Source of the DNA: Dimorphilus gyrociliatus
Taxonomy: Eukaryota; Animalia; Annelida
Reading direction: 5' to 3'
NCBI GenBank assembly: GCA_904063045.1
Contig: CAJFCJ010000006.1
Span: 3,302,408 to 3,366,407, forward strand
Length of the DNA stretch: 64,000 nucleotides
Positions within the stretch are counted from its first letter, which is position 1; each line of letters begins with the position of its first letter. Under the pieces are notes generated by a model. It searched no databases, was not told the origin of the DNA, and worked only from the letters and a program-made list of their open reading frames with translations. Shown one piece after another: positions 39,231-51,900 of the stretch. Both the position numbers and the translations under genes were made by a program.

Positions 39231-42200
39231 ATGACAACTCTAACGTATAAAAAAAATCAATATAAAATTGAACACAGATCGAGAAACATGACTGAAGCGG
39301 AATATCGGAACGACGTTGCTGCCGTTGAAATTCACGCAACTCCGGCTTCGAAGAATCGTAAAGAGGAATTATGCTCCCTCTTCCCAGGAAGTTCTCCAGG
39401 CGTCTTTTCCTGCTTCAATCCTCAATTTCAAAGCGAGAAGTTTGAATGCAAATACAACGAATGGTCATTCGTCCTACAAAGGCGCCAATTTCGTTTGGCA
39501 CTTTTGTATTTGGCTCTTACTCAACTCGCTTGGATTCTCTATTTTGTTCTTTTACGCCTTGACTTTTGGGTCTCGTATGCCCTAGTTAGCGTACTACTAC
39601 TTATGCTCTCGATCATCGTCTTCTGCATTACCTTTTTATCACTCTATCATAGATTCGCCAAAGTACTCTCCGTATCTATTATGATGATACACGCCGTAGC
39701 AATTTGCCTGACGAATATAGTCTACAAGGACGATGGCATGGGAAATATCTCTGAAGTAGGCCTCTTCGCCTCCTGTCTCGAATTGATCGTCCTCTTCTAC
39801 GCCTGTACGCCTATGCCTCTATTCTTCTGCTTTTCAGGCGGTGTAATATTTTCATTCGCTTTTGAACTCCTTTCCTCTTCTCTCACCCCTTCAAGAACGC
39901 TTAATGTTATTTTTAGTCGGGCACTTTTACACGTCGCCATCCATGTACTCGCCGTCCACATATGCCTGCAGGCGAACGTAAGAAAGAGGTCTACCTTCCG
40001 ACTAATGGCTAATCAGACAAGAGACCAGATAGTGATACGTATGGAAAGAGAAAAGAAAAAGAACATGATTGAATCACTTATGCCCACTAGTGTTGCGGAA
40101 AAGGTTATTAAGGAAAGTCCAACAGTTCAACCGGGTTCGACGGGAAATCAAGTAAACTTTCGTAATTTCTACATGGATAAAATGGATCACGTTTCTATTC
40201 TATTCGCTGATATCGTAGGATTTACAAAAATGAGTTCGAATAAGACAGCTAATAAATTGGTCGTCCTACTCGATGACCTTTTCGGTAGATTTGATAGGTT
40301 GTGCGTTGAAAAAGGTTGCGAGAAGATTAGTACTTTGGGTGATTGTTACTACTGCGTAGCTGGATGCCCAACGCCCAGACGAGATCACGCCCAGTGCTGC
40401 GTTGAAATGGGATTAGCAATGGTCGAAGCTATCAAACAATTCGACGAAGATCACAACGAAGAAGTAAACATGCGAGTTGGCGTGCATACTGGAACGGTTC
40501 TCTGTGGTTTGGTTGGAACTTTACGTTTCAAGTACGATGTATGGTCGAATGACGTGACTTTGGCAAATACGATGGAATCGAGCGGACAACCAGGAAGAGT
40601 TCACATTTCCGGTGAAACTTATGCCTTTTGCGAGGATCTATACAATTTCCAGAAGGGCGAACCGGTTGAAGGTAAGCCTTTTATATTGATTGATGTTGAC
40701 TTTTGTTAACGCTCTCTTTCACTGTATTTCGGGTCGATACAGGGTTACATTGTATTTATTTTTACTTCACGCCAAATATATTCTTACCAGTCGTAAGAAT
40801 TCTTACAAGCAATTTATAAAATAACCTACTTTTCTAACCCTTCATCTTATTTACTATTCCAATCACGATCCTGGCGGTTTTTCTCTCCTTTTTTTTTGCT
40901 GCAGCTGCAGTAAATCGGGGTCAAAGAGTGTCGAGTGCGAGATATTTCTATTTCTGGAAGTTTGAACTAGTTCACAGCGTTGTTCTTTTTTAATAAAACT
41001 GACTTTTATTAGAAAAGAGTAGGGTTATTTATATAATTAAAGAAACGTATTTTACGTATTTTTTCAATTAAAAATCAATTTTTTACAGATATTCGAAAGC
41101 ACAAAGTTCTAAAGGAGTATTATAATGCGAAAACAGGACAATATCAAATTGGACACGTTCGGGACGAAGAAAGTTTGTAAACTCGTTTAATTATTTTTAT
41201 TAAGAATGATATAAAATCCATATAAACTTGACAGAGGTTGAAACGTACTTTATCGAGTCGAGGAAATTGGCTGCGGAACCGCAAGACGTCAAGCCACCGA
41301 CGAATAATACTGTTATTGATGTTGATAATGATACTAAAACTACGAATGACGTTAAACAAAAAGACCAAGAAAGGCCGTTGATGGAAGACGACCAAACAGA
41401 TATAGAACAAAGTACAATACTCGTTTCCGGAGCCAGGCAATCGGCAAACGACGAACAGTTGGTAGTAGCCCTGAGGAATATTAGAGCAGATGATTGCTTT
41501 GTGCTGGAGGATATTAATATTGTGACGTTGATGTTCGATAATAAAGATTTGGAAAAAGAGTTCCATTCCAGGGCACTAACAAACCAATTTAACACGAAAA
41601 GCTGTGCATCGGCAAGGGCAGGTTACACATCCGACGTCATCGTCTCACTTCTCTTTGTGTTATCAATCAGTGTCGCTTCCTTCCTCGTATTTCCTTGGAC
41701 TACTCCCTTCCTATTCGTCGCAATTTTTGCCATCATCTTACTTGGTACCATATCAGTAGTAAGCTGTGCAAGATGCCGTCAGGCAGATCAAGGGATGATT
41801 TCCAAGATTTTCTACGCAGCCGCCCCCTCCAATTTACTAGGTGCACTCGTTATAAGTCTACCTTGTGCTATCGCCTACTCGTTTGCATCGTGCTCAATGC
41901 TTAATTCTAGAGAGGGAAACGATGGCTACCTACTGATTGCTATAGCTACTTCTCTCTTCCACTTCGTCAACTTTGCCAATGCCACTTTTATTCTCAAGAA
42001 TATTCTAGCCGTTTTAGCGGCCTGTTTTCAGATTATATTTATAGCTATTCGGTTCTGTGACAAAGATTCAGCTAGTTTGCTGACTTCCTATGAAACTTCA
42101 AGCGAACCTTTGGTGGTAAATGTAACGGAATCGCCAACTCAAAAATCACTATTTTGGATAGAGAGTACTCTAATGTACGAGATTATCATTAATATTATAC

Positions 42201-42997
42201 TCTTAATCATTTTAATCGTTTCTCTAAACCGGTCTCTGGAATATGAGAACCGTGTTCTCTTCCACCGTCATACGACTACTAAACGTTTAAAGGAAGATAT
42301 GGAGAAAGAACAAACGCAAGTTCAACTCTTTCTAGATAACGTTATTCCGAAATATATCGCAAGTGATTTGGAAGACGCTGCAAGACGGGGAAACGTCTAC
42401 TCTAAAAATCATCAAGCTATTGGCGTCATCTTTGCCAAAATTACTAACTTTGAAGATCTTTATGATGAAGGTTTTGCTGGTGGTATGGAGTATCTTCGTG
42501 TTTTAAACGAGCTTATGGGAGATTTTGAGGCACTTTTAGCTAGAGAAGAATTTAAGCAGGTAGAAAAGATCAAAACTATAGGACCGTGTTTAATGGCTGC
42601 AGCCGGACTGGATTCGGAAGAGAGGCAAAGGCACGTAAATAATCCCAAAAGGCATATGTATTCTCTAATGGACTACTCGTTAAGCGTTTTAGAAGTTATG
42701 CAACACTTCAATGAAGGTATGCTTAACTTTGACTTTGAAATGAGTATCGGATTTAATGTTGGTGAAGTAACTGCCGGCGTTATTGGTAAACAGAAAATGC
42801 AGTATGATATTTGGGGTGATACTGTAAATGTAGCAAGTAGGATGTACAGTACGGGAGTACCTGGTAAAATTCAGGTCACAGAACAATGTATGGATATAAT
42901 GAAGGACATGTACGATTTTAAATATAGAGGCCAAACTTTTGTCAAGGGCAAAGGAGATTTGAATACTTATTTATTAGTGCAGAAAAAAAGCACATAA
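39231..42997 (+). CDS. ADCY9: Adenylate cyclase type 9, 3 coding exons (39231-40671, 41089-41172, 41235-42997 approx.)
   Basis: VSILFADIVGFTKMSSNK, FDRLC...CEKISTLGDCYYCVAGCP, VNMRVGVHTGTVLCG, YDVWSNDVTLAN; second domain EYLRVLNELMGDF...YDIWGDTVNVASRMYSTG; two TM clusters. Confidence 0.93.
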
Positions 42998-43455
42998 CAC
43001 ATTGGGTACGTACGATTGAAAGCTGCTGAAACAAAAACTAAAAACAAAAAACAACCAAAAAAAAATGATTCTAAACAAAAAAAAAATCAACAAGAGAGAG
43101 AAGAAAATCTTCTGTTTTCCTTCGTCTTCTTCTTTCCCGAGATTATTTTTTTTTTGCCAAGACGTTTGCCATATCTTTTTAAAAGTATTTTAAAGATTTT
43201 AGTGTTGTTCTCTTCCTTTCCCTTTCCTCATTCTCCCTCTCCCATTTCTCCAAGAATTTTTTTTAGCTTGATAAAAACAAAAAGTTACAAAAAAAGCAAA
43301 ATTTGATCAAACGATAAAATTATTTTTTTCCATGTGAACTAAAAGATAAAACATTTGAACTTTTTTTTTTAAACAAAAAATGATAAGGAAGCTTAACAAA
43401 ATATTTTGTGCTTCTTTTTCAATTACTTGTTTTTTTCCCAATCTCTTTCTTTCTT

Positions 43456-43457
<2 letters not shown>

Positions 43458-43492
<35 letters not shown>

Positions 43493-43500
43493 CTATCTCT
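43458..43500. repeat. (CT)n microsatellite in the low-complexity ADCY9 3' region
   Basis: Direct CT run. Confidence 0.85.
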
Positions 43501-43887
43501 CTATTTTGCCTCATTGAAAAAAGTTTTATCTTTCTTTTTTTTAAAAAAAAAAAATAAAAGAAAGAAAGAAGTTTGTTGTTCTTTTTCTTTTTTTTTCATT
43601 CTTTTTTAAAATCTCTTCTACAAAAAGAAGTAGAAAAAAAAAGCCTAAAAATTTCTTCTCTCCTGTCTTAGTTTCGTTTTTCTATTGCCTTTTCTTTTTT
43701 GTTGAATTTGTTTGTTTTTACACGCTGCAAAAGTCACATGATGAAAAGTGAATAATTTATGAAAGATTATCCGTGAAATAGTTTGTAACAGTTGTGTAGT
43801 TTTGATCATTACTATTTTCGTCTTTAATCTAAGTTGAATAGGCGTATTAACCGTTTTAGGATTAAGAAAATGCTAATACAACCCTTA

Positions 43888-43888
43888 C

Positions 43889-43935
<47 letters not shown>
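43888..43935. repeat. (TA)n microsatellite
   Basis: Direct TA run with one interruption. Confidence 0.85.
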
Positions 43936-43939
<4 letters not shown>

Positions 43940-44450
43940 AAATTTATAGTATATATTGATACATAGCATATCTAATGCGTGTAATTAGCTCTTCAAAAGG
44001 AGATATTACATTTTTTAAGATCTATTTTTTCTGACGGCTAATTATTTTCGCCGCAAGTTTATCACCATTGGAGCTAATTAATCGCTTTCTGCCGGGAGTT
44101 TAGTTATACCTATTTTGGCTGAGACGTTTGTTAATTATTTGTATTTTGTAACAAAAAAGACGAATAAAGATCTGAATGCAAATGGCTATTCTATTGAAAA
44201 ATTTCTACAATGTTTAGTTTTATATAATATTTTATGATGGGTATGATTAAATGATGGGATGTAAGAGAAATCAACGTTGAAAATATTCTTAAAAGAGAAT
44301 ATAAATATAAACAAAAGGTGCTCTTTGAAAACCGATTATCGCATGGGATTCAATAAGAGGTAAAATGGGAAATTTTAGTGTATAATCTTACAGTAAAAGG
44401 CAGCCATTTCAAGCGTAAATGAAACTATAGTAGTTGCTCTATTCTCTTCG

Positions 44451-44999
44451 ATGGCTGTACCTTTTTTTAATGTATTGGCCTTATTTATAGAAATTCTCTT
44501 AGGTAAAGTTTTTGTGGATTCTAAAGATTTTCCTAAATCTATTCATTACAATTTATTCTGGAATAAGAGTTAATCCAAATATCTTTCGTTTCCTTCCATG
44601 ATAAAAAATTTCTCTTTTAAGTTCCCTATTATGAAATCCACTAATAAATTAACTGCTGGCCATAAAAGATTCTATGAATACATTGATGCGACAGCATTAG
44701 ACAATGTCAAATATTTGACGCTTTATGGCAATACCATTGGACTAAAACCGAAATTCGATCTGAATAAACGCCCTAGTCAGCTAAAGGGCAACCAGCGTAA
44801 AAAGTCTATAGACATGTCCTATGACATTATGCACGCGAAGACAAAAATAGACCACCAGAAGTTATCAGGCAGTAAATTCTATCGTTATACTTTTACTACT
44901 ATCAATTTGGTAAGAGCTAGAAACAACCATATCGGATTTTTCCATAATATCCTACCGGACGACACAACGATAGATGCTTTTATTGCAAAAAAGAGTTAA
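44451..44999 (+). CDS. Candidate ~149-aa secreted orphan protein (exons 44451-44456, 44503-44568, 44622-44999)
   Basis: 142-codon open frame ending at 44999 with AATAAA at 45001. Modal-length introns (46 and 53 nt) give hydrophobic N-terminus MAVKFLWILKIFLNLFITIYSG; one LRR-like motif VKYLTLYGNTI. Confidence 0.42.
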
Positions 45000-45038
45000 T
45001 AATAAAAGGAACGTAAAAGGAACGTGAGAAGCGTGCCA

Positions 45039-46737
45039 TCAATAAGGCTTCTCCTGTAAGTATCTAGCGAACATTGTATAGGCCTGCAATGGTTTGTCTT
45101 GTGGCACAAAGTGTCCAGAACCCTTAACCGTTACGAAATCGATTCCATTAAAGATTGTTGCAAATCCGGCTATTTGTTTCCCGAATTTTGGATCCTTGTA
45201 GAACCAAGGTCGGTTTGGTTCTATTTCCTTATAACCTAGACTTTCAACAAACCATAAATTACCCAACCAATTACACATCATATCACTATCTCCTGCATAA
45301 ATTAAAACCCTCTTCTTAGCCTTTACCAAATTTGTCACATAACCCCTGACCGTTGAAGTCTGTCCCGTGTAATTCAGTCTTTGACTACAAGGTCCATCCC
45401 ACAATGATTTTTCAGGCATATTTAACGATTTTCTAACAGCGTAACTGCTAAAATATTTTCTAGCAGGCCTTGGATCAACGCACGGTAACCCATTAACGTC
45501 CTTTTTATCCTTATAAGCACAAACGTCGTACAAATTATAGGGATCAAGACCGGAATCGTGGAATCGACTTTGTATAAAATCAACCTGTTCATAGCGTATG
45601 ATACAAATATAAAACATTTACTTAAGCGATAAATCAAATACTAATTACCATTTTCTTGCAAGCTGGTGTCTTTGAGATGGTGATATTGCAGTATCGAATA
45701 GGTGTAGAGCCACAGCAGAGTTTTGTTACTTGACTATACTGGCTTTAAAAATGGATGAAAATAAATAGTATTGAAGAGTATATGTTGTACATGTTATAAG
45801 ATTATAAGCTTAAACCTCGATCCGATTACTCCATGAGAATAGAGAAATTCAATCACACTCGTCCCTAATGAAGTTACATCTACTGCACCGTTTCCGATTG
45901 CAACCCCTTTGAAGTTGACATTCGGCTCTTTCAGTAACAAATTCGCCAACATTGGAATATAAATTCCTGCGTAACTTTCGCCCATAACATAAAAATCATT
46001 ATGGCGGAAATATGGAAAACGTTGAAAGAAGATAAGAACTGCCGCTAAATTATCTTTCGCCGTCTATGTGAATAATTAAGAAAAGAAGAAGAGGTAGAGT
46101 AAATTCAATTTGTTTATGTATATTTTATAAGTCTTCTCAAAAGTCTTATATAAAACTTACTTGGTCATCGTTAGTCACGTATTTCTCATTTTCAGAGAAC
46201 GAAAATCCGACGCCTGCCGGACTTTCTAGATAAACCACATTGGCAATCTATTTAACAAAACACATCAACTATGGAAAAAATCATATATTTGTTATGCAAA
46301 CCTTATTCCAGCTTTCGTTATTTATTGTTAAATTCTTTCCATTGTCCATTAATCTAAATGGACCATTTTCAGTTAATAAACCAATAACTGAACTACATCC
46401 AGGTCCCCCATTTAACCATAGAATTACAGGGTCTTTAGCAGGATTCCTTTGCGATTCGACAAACCTTTTGTTAATTAAAAAAATGTCAAGAATTTGAACA
46501 GAGTTCTCCTGCGTTTGAAAATAGATATTATATGTTTATTTACCAATAATGAAAATATTTTCCTTTATCAATATTCAAAAAACCAGAGTATTGTCGAAAG
46601 CTCGGTTTCACCGATAGACCTGGAAGATTTATAATTTCATCGCTTTTAGTCCAATCCGATTTTCCAGTGGACTTGATTAAGCCATAAATCAATAAACTAT
46701 CACTAAAAAGAAATAAAAGAAATGCCTTAGTTATCAT
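45039..46737 (-). CDS. CTSA-like: Serine carboxypeptidase S10 (lysosomal protective protein/cathepsin A-like)
   Basis: Signal peptide; LPGL...FRQYSGFL; [10 protein letters not shown]; [10 protein letters not shown] (Ser); GDSDMMCN (Asp); [11 protein letters not shown] (His). Confidence 0.9.
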
Positions 46738-46975
46738 TGCTACACTTTTGTGAACTTTGTTCTAGAAACTCTATTGTTCATGACAAAAATATATTTGGAC
46801 ACCGTACTATTCGCGCGATCTATAGTTGATCTGATTGGGCGATAAAACACGATTGATCAACAGACTGATTCATTTTAAGATATACACCAGAATCAAGTTT
46901 TATTTCTGGTTTCATGAATAACGATTATTCGTTATCAAATTAATATTATATAAATGCATTTCATAGGATCACACA

Positions 46976-48507
46976 ATGACAGAAACTTCAACGACCCCAA
47001 AGAATATTTCAGCAAAGCCTTCCATTGCCTCAGTTTCATTGAATTTCGAAATAAACGAACCTGCAGAAGAACCATCGCCTCCATTCAGTACAACTTGGCG
47101 TGAAAAGCCATCAGACTCCCTATCATCGTTAGATGACAATCTATTTATTGACGATGACCACACACTAGGAAATTATAAAAACAACGATATTGAAATTAAT
47201 GAAAATCATTTTGCTAAAACAGACGTATGTATATTAACAAAAGGCCAGATAGTTATTAGACTTATTATGTATATATCAATTAGCAAGAATTAATATCAAC
47301 TGGAAATCGCTCGGCTCTTAATGATAGATCCGAGTTTTTGAGGAGAAAAATAAAAGAAGTTGACGATCAGTTACAACGAGAAGAGCTTATTGAGTCTTTA
47401 GTGCGAATTCAAATGAAACTTGCCAGCATGGACGTAAGATCGATTCTTTATTGGACTTATAATGCATATTTAATACTGGATTTTCAGGAAGAAGAAGATT
47501 TTGAAATGGTCAACTCAAAACTGGTATCTGGACACAAATTCATAGTTAGGAAAGGATCATCATCCAGCGAATGTGAAACTTGTCATCAAATCATTTGGAG
47601 AATTGTGAAATTTTATTATTACTGCAAGATTTGTAACTGTTGCGTTCACGAAGGTTGTTTAAATAAAGTCAATATTTCCTGTGCAGCTCTAGCCATTGAG
47701 AATGAAATTAAAGTGGAAATAAAAATTTGCCCTGAAATAGGTCTAGCAAAGCAGGTAAAACTGTAAACATATCAATTCTAAATTTATCTGCCGATCTCTT
47801 TATTGACTCTTTATTTTATGTTTTTTTTTATAATCTATTTTTAGAAGTTCAAATGTGCAGGATGCCAAACGAAATTATCTTTTTTTGGAAATGATAGATG
47901 TATGCCAAGATTATGCGATTATTCAGGCTTTTATTTCTGTCATTCGTGCCATTGGAACAATACAACGTATATACCTGCAAGAATAATCCATAATTGGGAT
48001 ATAAGAGAATATCCTGTTAGTCGCTATTTTTATCATTATCTTAATCTTTTAAGGAAGAAACCGATATTTTACTTAAAAGACTTGAATGAAGATTTGAAGG
48101 GCTTAGTAGGGGAATTAGATCAGATTGTTAAACTCAGGGAAGATTTAATGGACATGAAATTTTACGTAATCACCTGCAAAGACGCTTTAGAAAGTAAGAT
48201 TCTTCTTAAACTGTCAGCTAGACAGCATTTCGTTGACGATTCAGATGTATACTCTTTGGAGGATTTTATCGACGTTGCCAACGATGAGTTACTGGAGTTT
48301 TTAATTGATGTTCATAGTGCACTTGCCCAACACATCAAAACAGACTGTGCACGGTGCAGAAAAAAGGGAGAAATATGCTGTATTTGCCGAGAACCTGAGG
48401 TTTTATTTCCGTTTGATAATCTTGCGACGCAGTGCAAAGTCTGTTGTGCCTTTATGCATAAGTATTGTTTTGCCAGACGAAAAGAATGTCCAAGATGCAC
48501 TACTTAA
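46976..48507 (+). CDS. DEF8: Differentially expressed in FDCP 8 homolog (C1 plus Rubicon-homology domain)
   Basis: C1 domain HKF...CETC...CKICNCCVHEGC; ICPEIGLAKQ/KFKCAGC; RLCDYSGFYFCHSCHWN...IPARIIHNWD; terminal CPRC. Confidence 0.9.
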
Positions 48508-48920
48508 CATTTTATGCAATTTTTTAAAAGCATACATCTTTTATGTTTAAGCGGTGAGTGGTAACATCTTTTATATTTATATCAGCATTTACAGTATATA
48601 TACATACATTCATATATATTATCAAATTCTCAATGACATAGTTAATGAAAAATAAATAGCCAAGCATATAAATAACCAGATCGTGCATATAACAAATGAT
48701 AAATGGTTATTTCGAGATAATCATCAGCTAAGTTCACCTAAATCGAATATGTTTCTTAATTATTTAATGTCCTTTGAGCTATTACTACAGTTTATGTATT
48801 CGTACACCAGACAAAAGCTTATTGATGCGCTATTATGGATTTATACGGTAAAATATCCGCATTTATAAATTTATTTAACCTTAAATCTCTTTTAAATCAA
48901 AAAAAAACAGGCTTTTTAAG

Positions 48921-51900
48921 TTAACAGACATGATAAACAATATTATTTCCGCATTCTGTTTGTGTGTCCTTAATAAACAATTGGTTTGTATCATTTTTTA
49001 TAGAAAAGCGGGTATTGTTGTCCACTTTGACCATTCCATCTAATGGTTGATCAAGACGAGGAATTGTCCTAGGTCCAGCTTTTATATCTTTGAATCGATA
49101 TATATGCAGTTTATTGATATCTGTATGAAAGATGTGAGTTAGCGATAAATCGTAAATTTTAATTTAATCATACCTTTAATCTTTCTGTTTTCCTTTTGAA
49201 TTCTTGTTTTGATTTTATCAAGACAATCATTCTCGTAAATCTTCAATTGGCCAGAGAAGCATCCATTATTTACTTGCCTATTCGAAAATTTTACAAAGAC
49301 TGCAGGCTGAAACGGACTAATATCAGTGAAAGTTCACTAAGCTGAGTATTGTTTACCTCGTTCCTAAATATTACAAATGGCTTTTCCGGTTTACACTCTT
49401 CTTTAATTTTCTGATCAGCATCCTCGCTGTAAACTATATTGATTCCTTCCAGCTACAAAATATGCATCAATAAACTCGTTATTTAAAACTAAAATGGGGA
49501 AAATTAAACTAACCTCAAGGTTATCAAGCAAGTAAGGTATGACTAAAGTCAAAACCTGATATTCATCAATATCGGTTGTCAAATTCAAAGCACTTATATC
49601 CTTCTTAGAAACATTTTCCTATAAATGAAAAATCAATGAGTTAAAAATTCATTATAAAGTGCTTTACTAGAGGTTTTTTTCTTTAAGCCATCTAGTTAAC
49701 ACAATAATAATGATATATACTAACAATCATTAGCTGAACAAATGGCATAACATGTTTACTCAAATATTTCTTTAAAATTTCTTGTTTCGAAAGATCTTGT
49801 AGGATAATTCTTTTTTCTGGGAAACTGTTATTATTTTTCTGTGAATTGGGAAAATTTCTTAAAATATCATTTACATTAAGATCAAAGAGGAAGAAAGCTT
49901 TCATTAACAAGACGATCCACAAAGCTATTGATTTTAGTTAGTTATTAACGAATTTTTTTCCCTTGGGAATGTCTTGACATCTATTAATTTCATTATCTTA
50001 CTTCGTAAAGACTTCGGAGAGTATTCAAAATAGCTTGCTGCCACGGTGCGTACGTTTTTGCAACATAAATCGTAGCATGACTCGGTTTGCCAACAGGGGT
50101 CTTATTCTTTCCTTTTGGCTGTGTATAATTATTAAGACGAGCTCTGAAAGTGCGAGTACAATCTTTAATGTACTGCATGCAGGCGATCAGCTTCTCATCA
50201 ATAGGGCCACCAGCTGGCCATAATGCCTTCATAATGCTCTCTTTCTGCAAAAACTCATTTTAACAAGCTTTTCACATGCGATGTAAAAAATTAGCTTACT
50301 TTGCCTGTGAGTTTCCATATATATTCAGATGAATGAGGACATATAGGGGATAGCAAAAGGGCTTGAACCTCGATAAATCTGAATATCAGCTCCTCGTTTA
50401 ATCCACTTGTTTCGAATTCTCTATATTGATCGCGAGCAGTTTGCAATTCAAAGAATCCAGTCAATAATGCCTCTTTATATAGCATCTGGTCGTAATTCTT
50501 TTTCGTCAATTCAATGCTTCTGTTGATTTCACTCTCGAAAATTTTATCAAAAAATGTATTAGGAGGTCCTTTTCGGAAAGTATTCCGGAATTGAATCATT
50601 TCTTTTGTCCAGTCAATCATATTATATATTCTAAGAACTTCAGAATTGGCCATCTTCTCGTCAAAATTAGCATCTTCGATTCCATCTCCGGCATCAGCTA
50701 GGCACATTCTCATACCGTCAGCAGAATATTTATCAATAGCATTGTCCAGAGTTAGAAAATTACCGGTTGATTTAGCCATTTTTTCACCATTAAGAAGCAA
50801 GTGTCCATTACACCTTGAACCTCTTGGCCATTTTGATGCATCCTTATCCCACATTGCAGTATGACAATAGAGATAATAAGTCAGATGGTTAGGAATTAAA
50901 TCTTTTCCTGAACATCTAACATCAACAGGATACCAATAATGAAATTCTGCTTTTAGTTGATCAAGTATATTCTTTGATATCGAAGTCTTGGGGAGTTTTG
51001 AATCATTAAAGAATATATAGTCCCAAACCTCTGGAGTTAATTCAGAAGCTGAAATTCCGCTGGGAGATTTTTCTGAACCATCAAATCCGGCTTGCAAGAG
51101 ATGGCATACGGTATAATATGCATTATATATTGTGGAATCAGAAAGTGATTCCACAAGATATTGCTCGTCCCAAGGCATCTTGGTTCCTAGGCCGTATGAT
51201 CGAGAACAAGCGTGTTCTTTGAGCCATGCAAATGAAGCTTCAAAATTTCGTTTGACCTCTGACGAGAATGTTTCAAACGAGCTATTCAGATGTTGTTCCG
51301 TGACCTTTCTCCAATTCTCTTCACCATAATCCAAATACCTTTAAAATACAAAAAACAATGTTAGAATTATGAGTTAAATACAAAATTGAATCTGTCGCTT
51401 GATATTAATTGATCAGTACAGTAAAATTGTCACCAATTTAATTCAGACGAACGAGACTGTAATTCATCATTTAAAAAAAACTTCTAAATAATTTAAGAGA
51501 AAATTTACCATTGATCACACAAGGCAACAACACATTCATCGTTAGAACGCGAAACAATTAAGCGCTCTGGTTCCATATACTTAACTGCTTCTTTCTATAA
51601 TAAAATAACGGTCTATAAGGAGCTATGTGGATTAGAAAATAGAACACCTACGGATTCGTATAGTTCACTTTGAACTTTCTTTTTAGCATTTTGTACCAAT
51701 TCCGATTTGTATTTTCCAACCAAAAGAACCTAATAAAAAGTATATCAATATTTGCTATTCGTTTTTTAGACAGTATATTACCCCTTCGTAGAAACCTTTC
51801 TTGTACACTTCATCTTTTGCGAGAACTAATTTATCTGTGTCGTTCTGAGATTTTATTTTCAGCTTTTCGCAGACTTTAATAGCAGCCAAATTACCCAACT

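Noticed and set aside
43000-44000. ORFs and repeat-like structure downstream of ADCY9
   Set aside because: Low-complexity A/T, CT and TA tracts typical of a long 3' UTR; ORFs are compositional artefacts.
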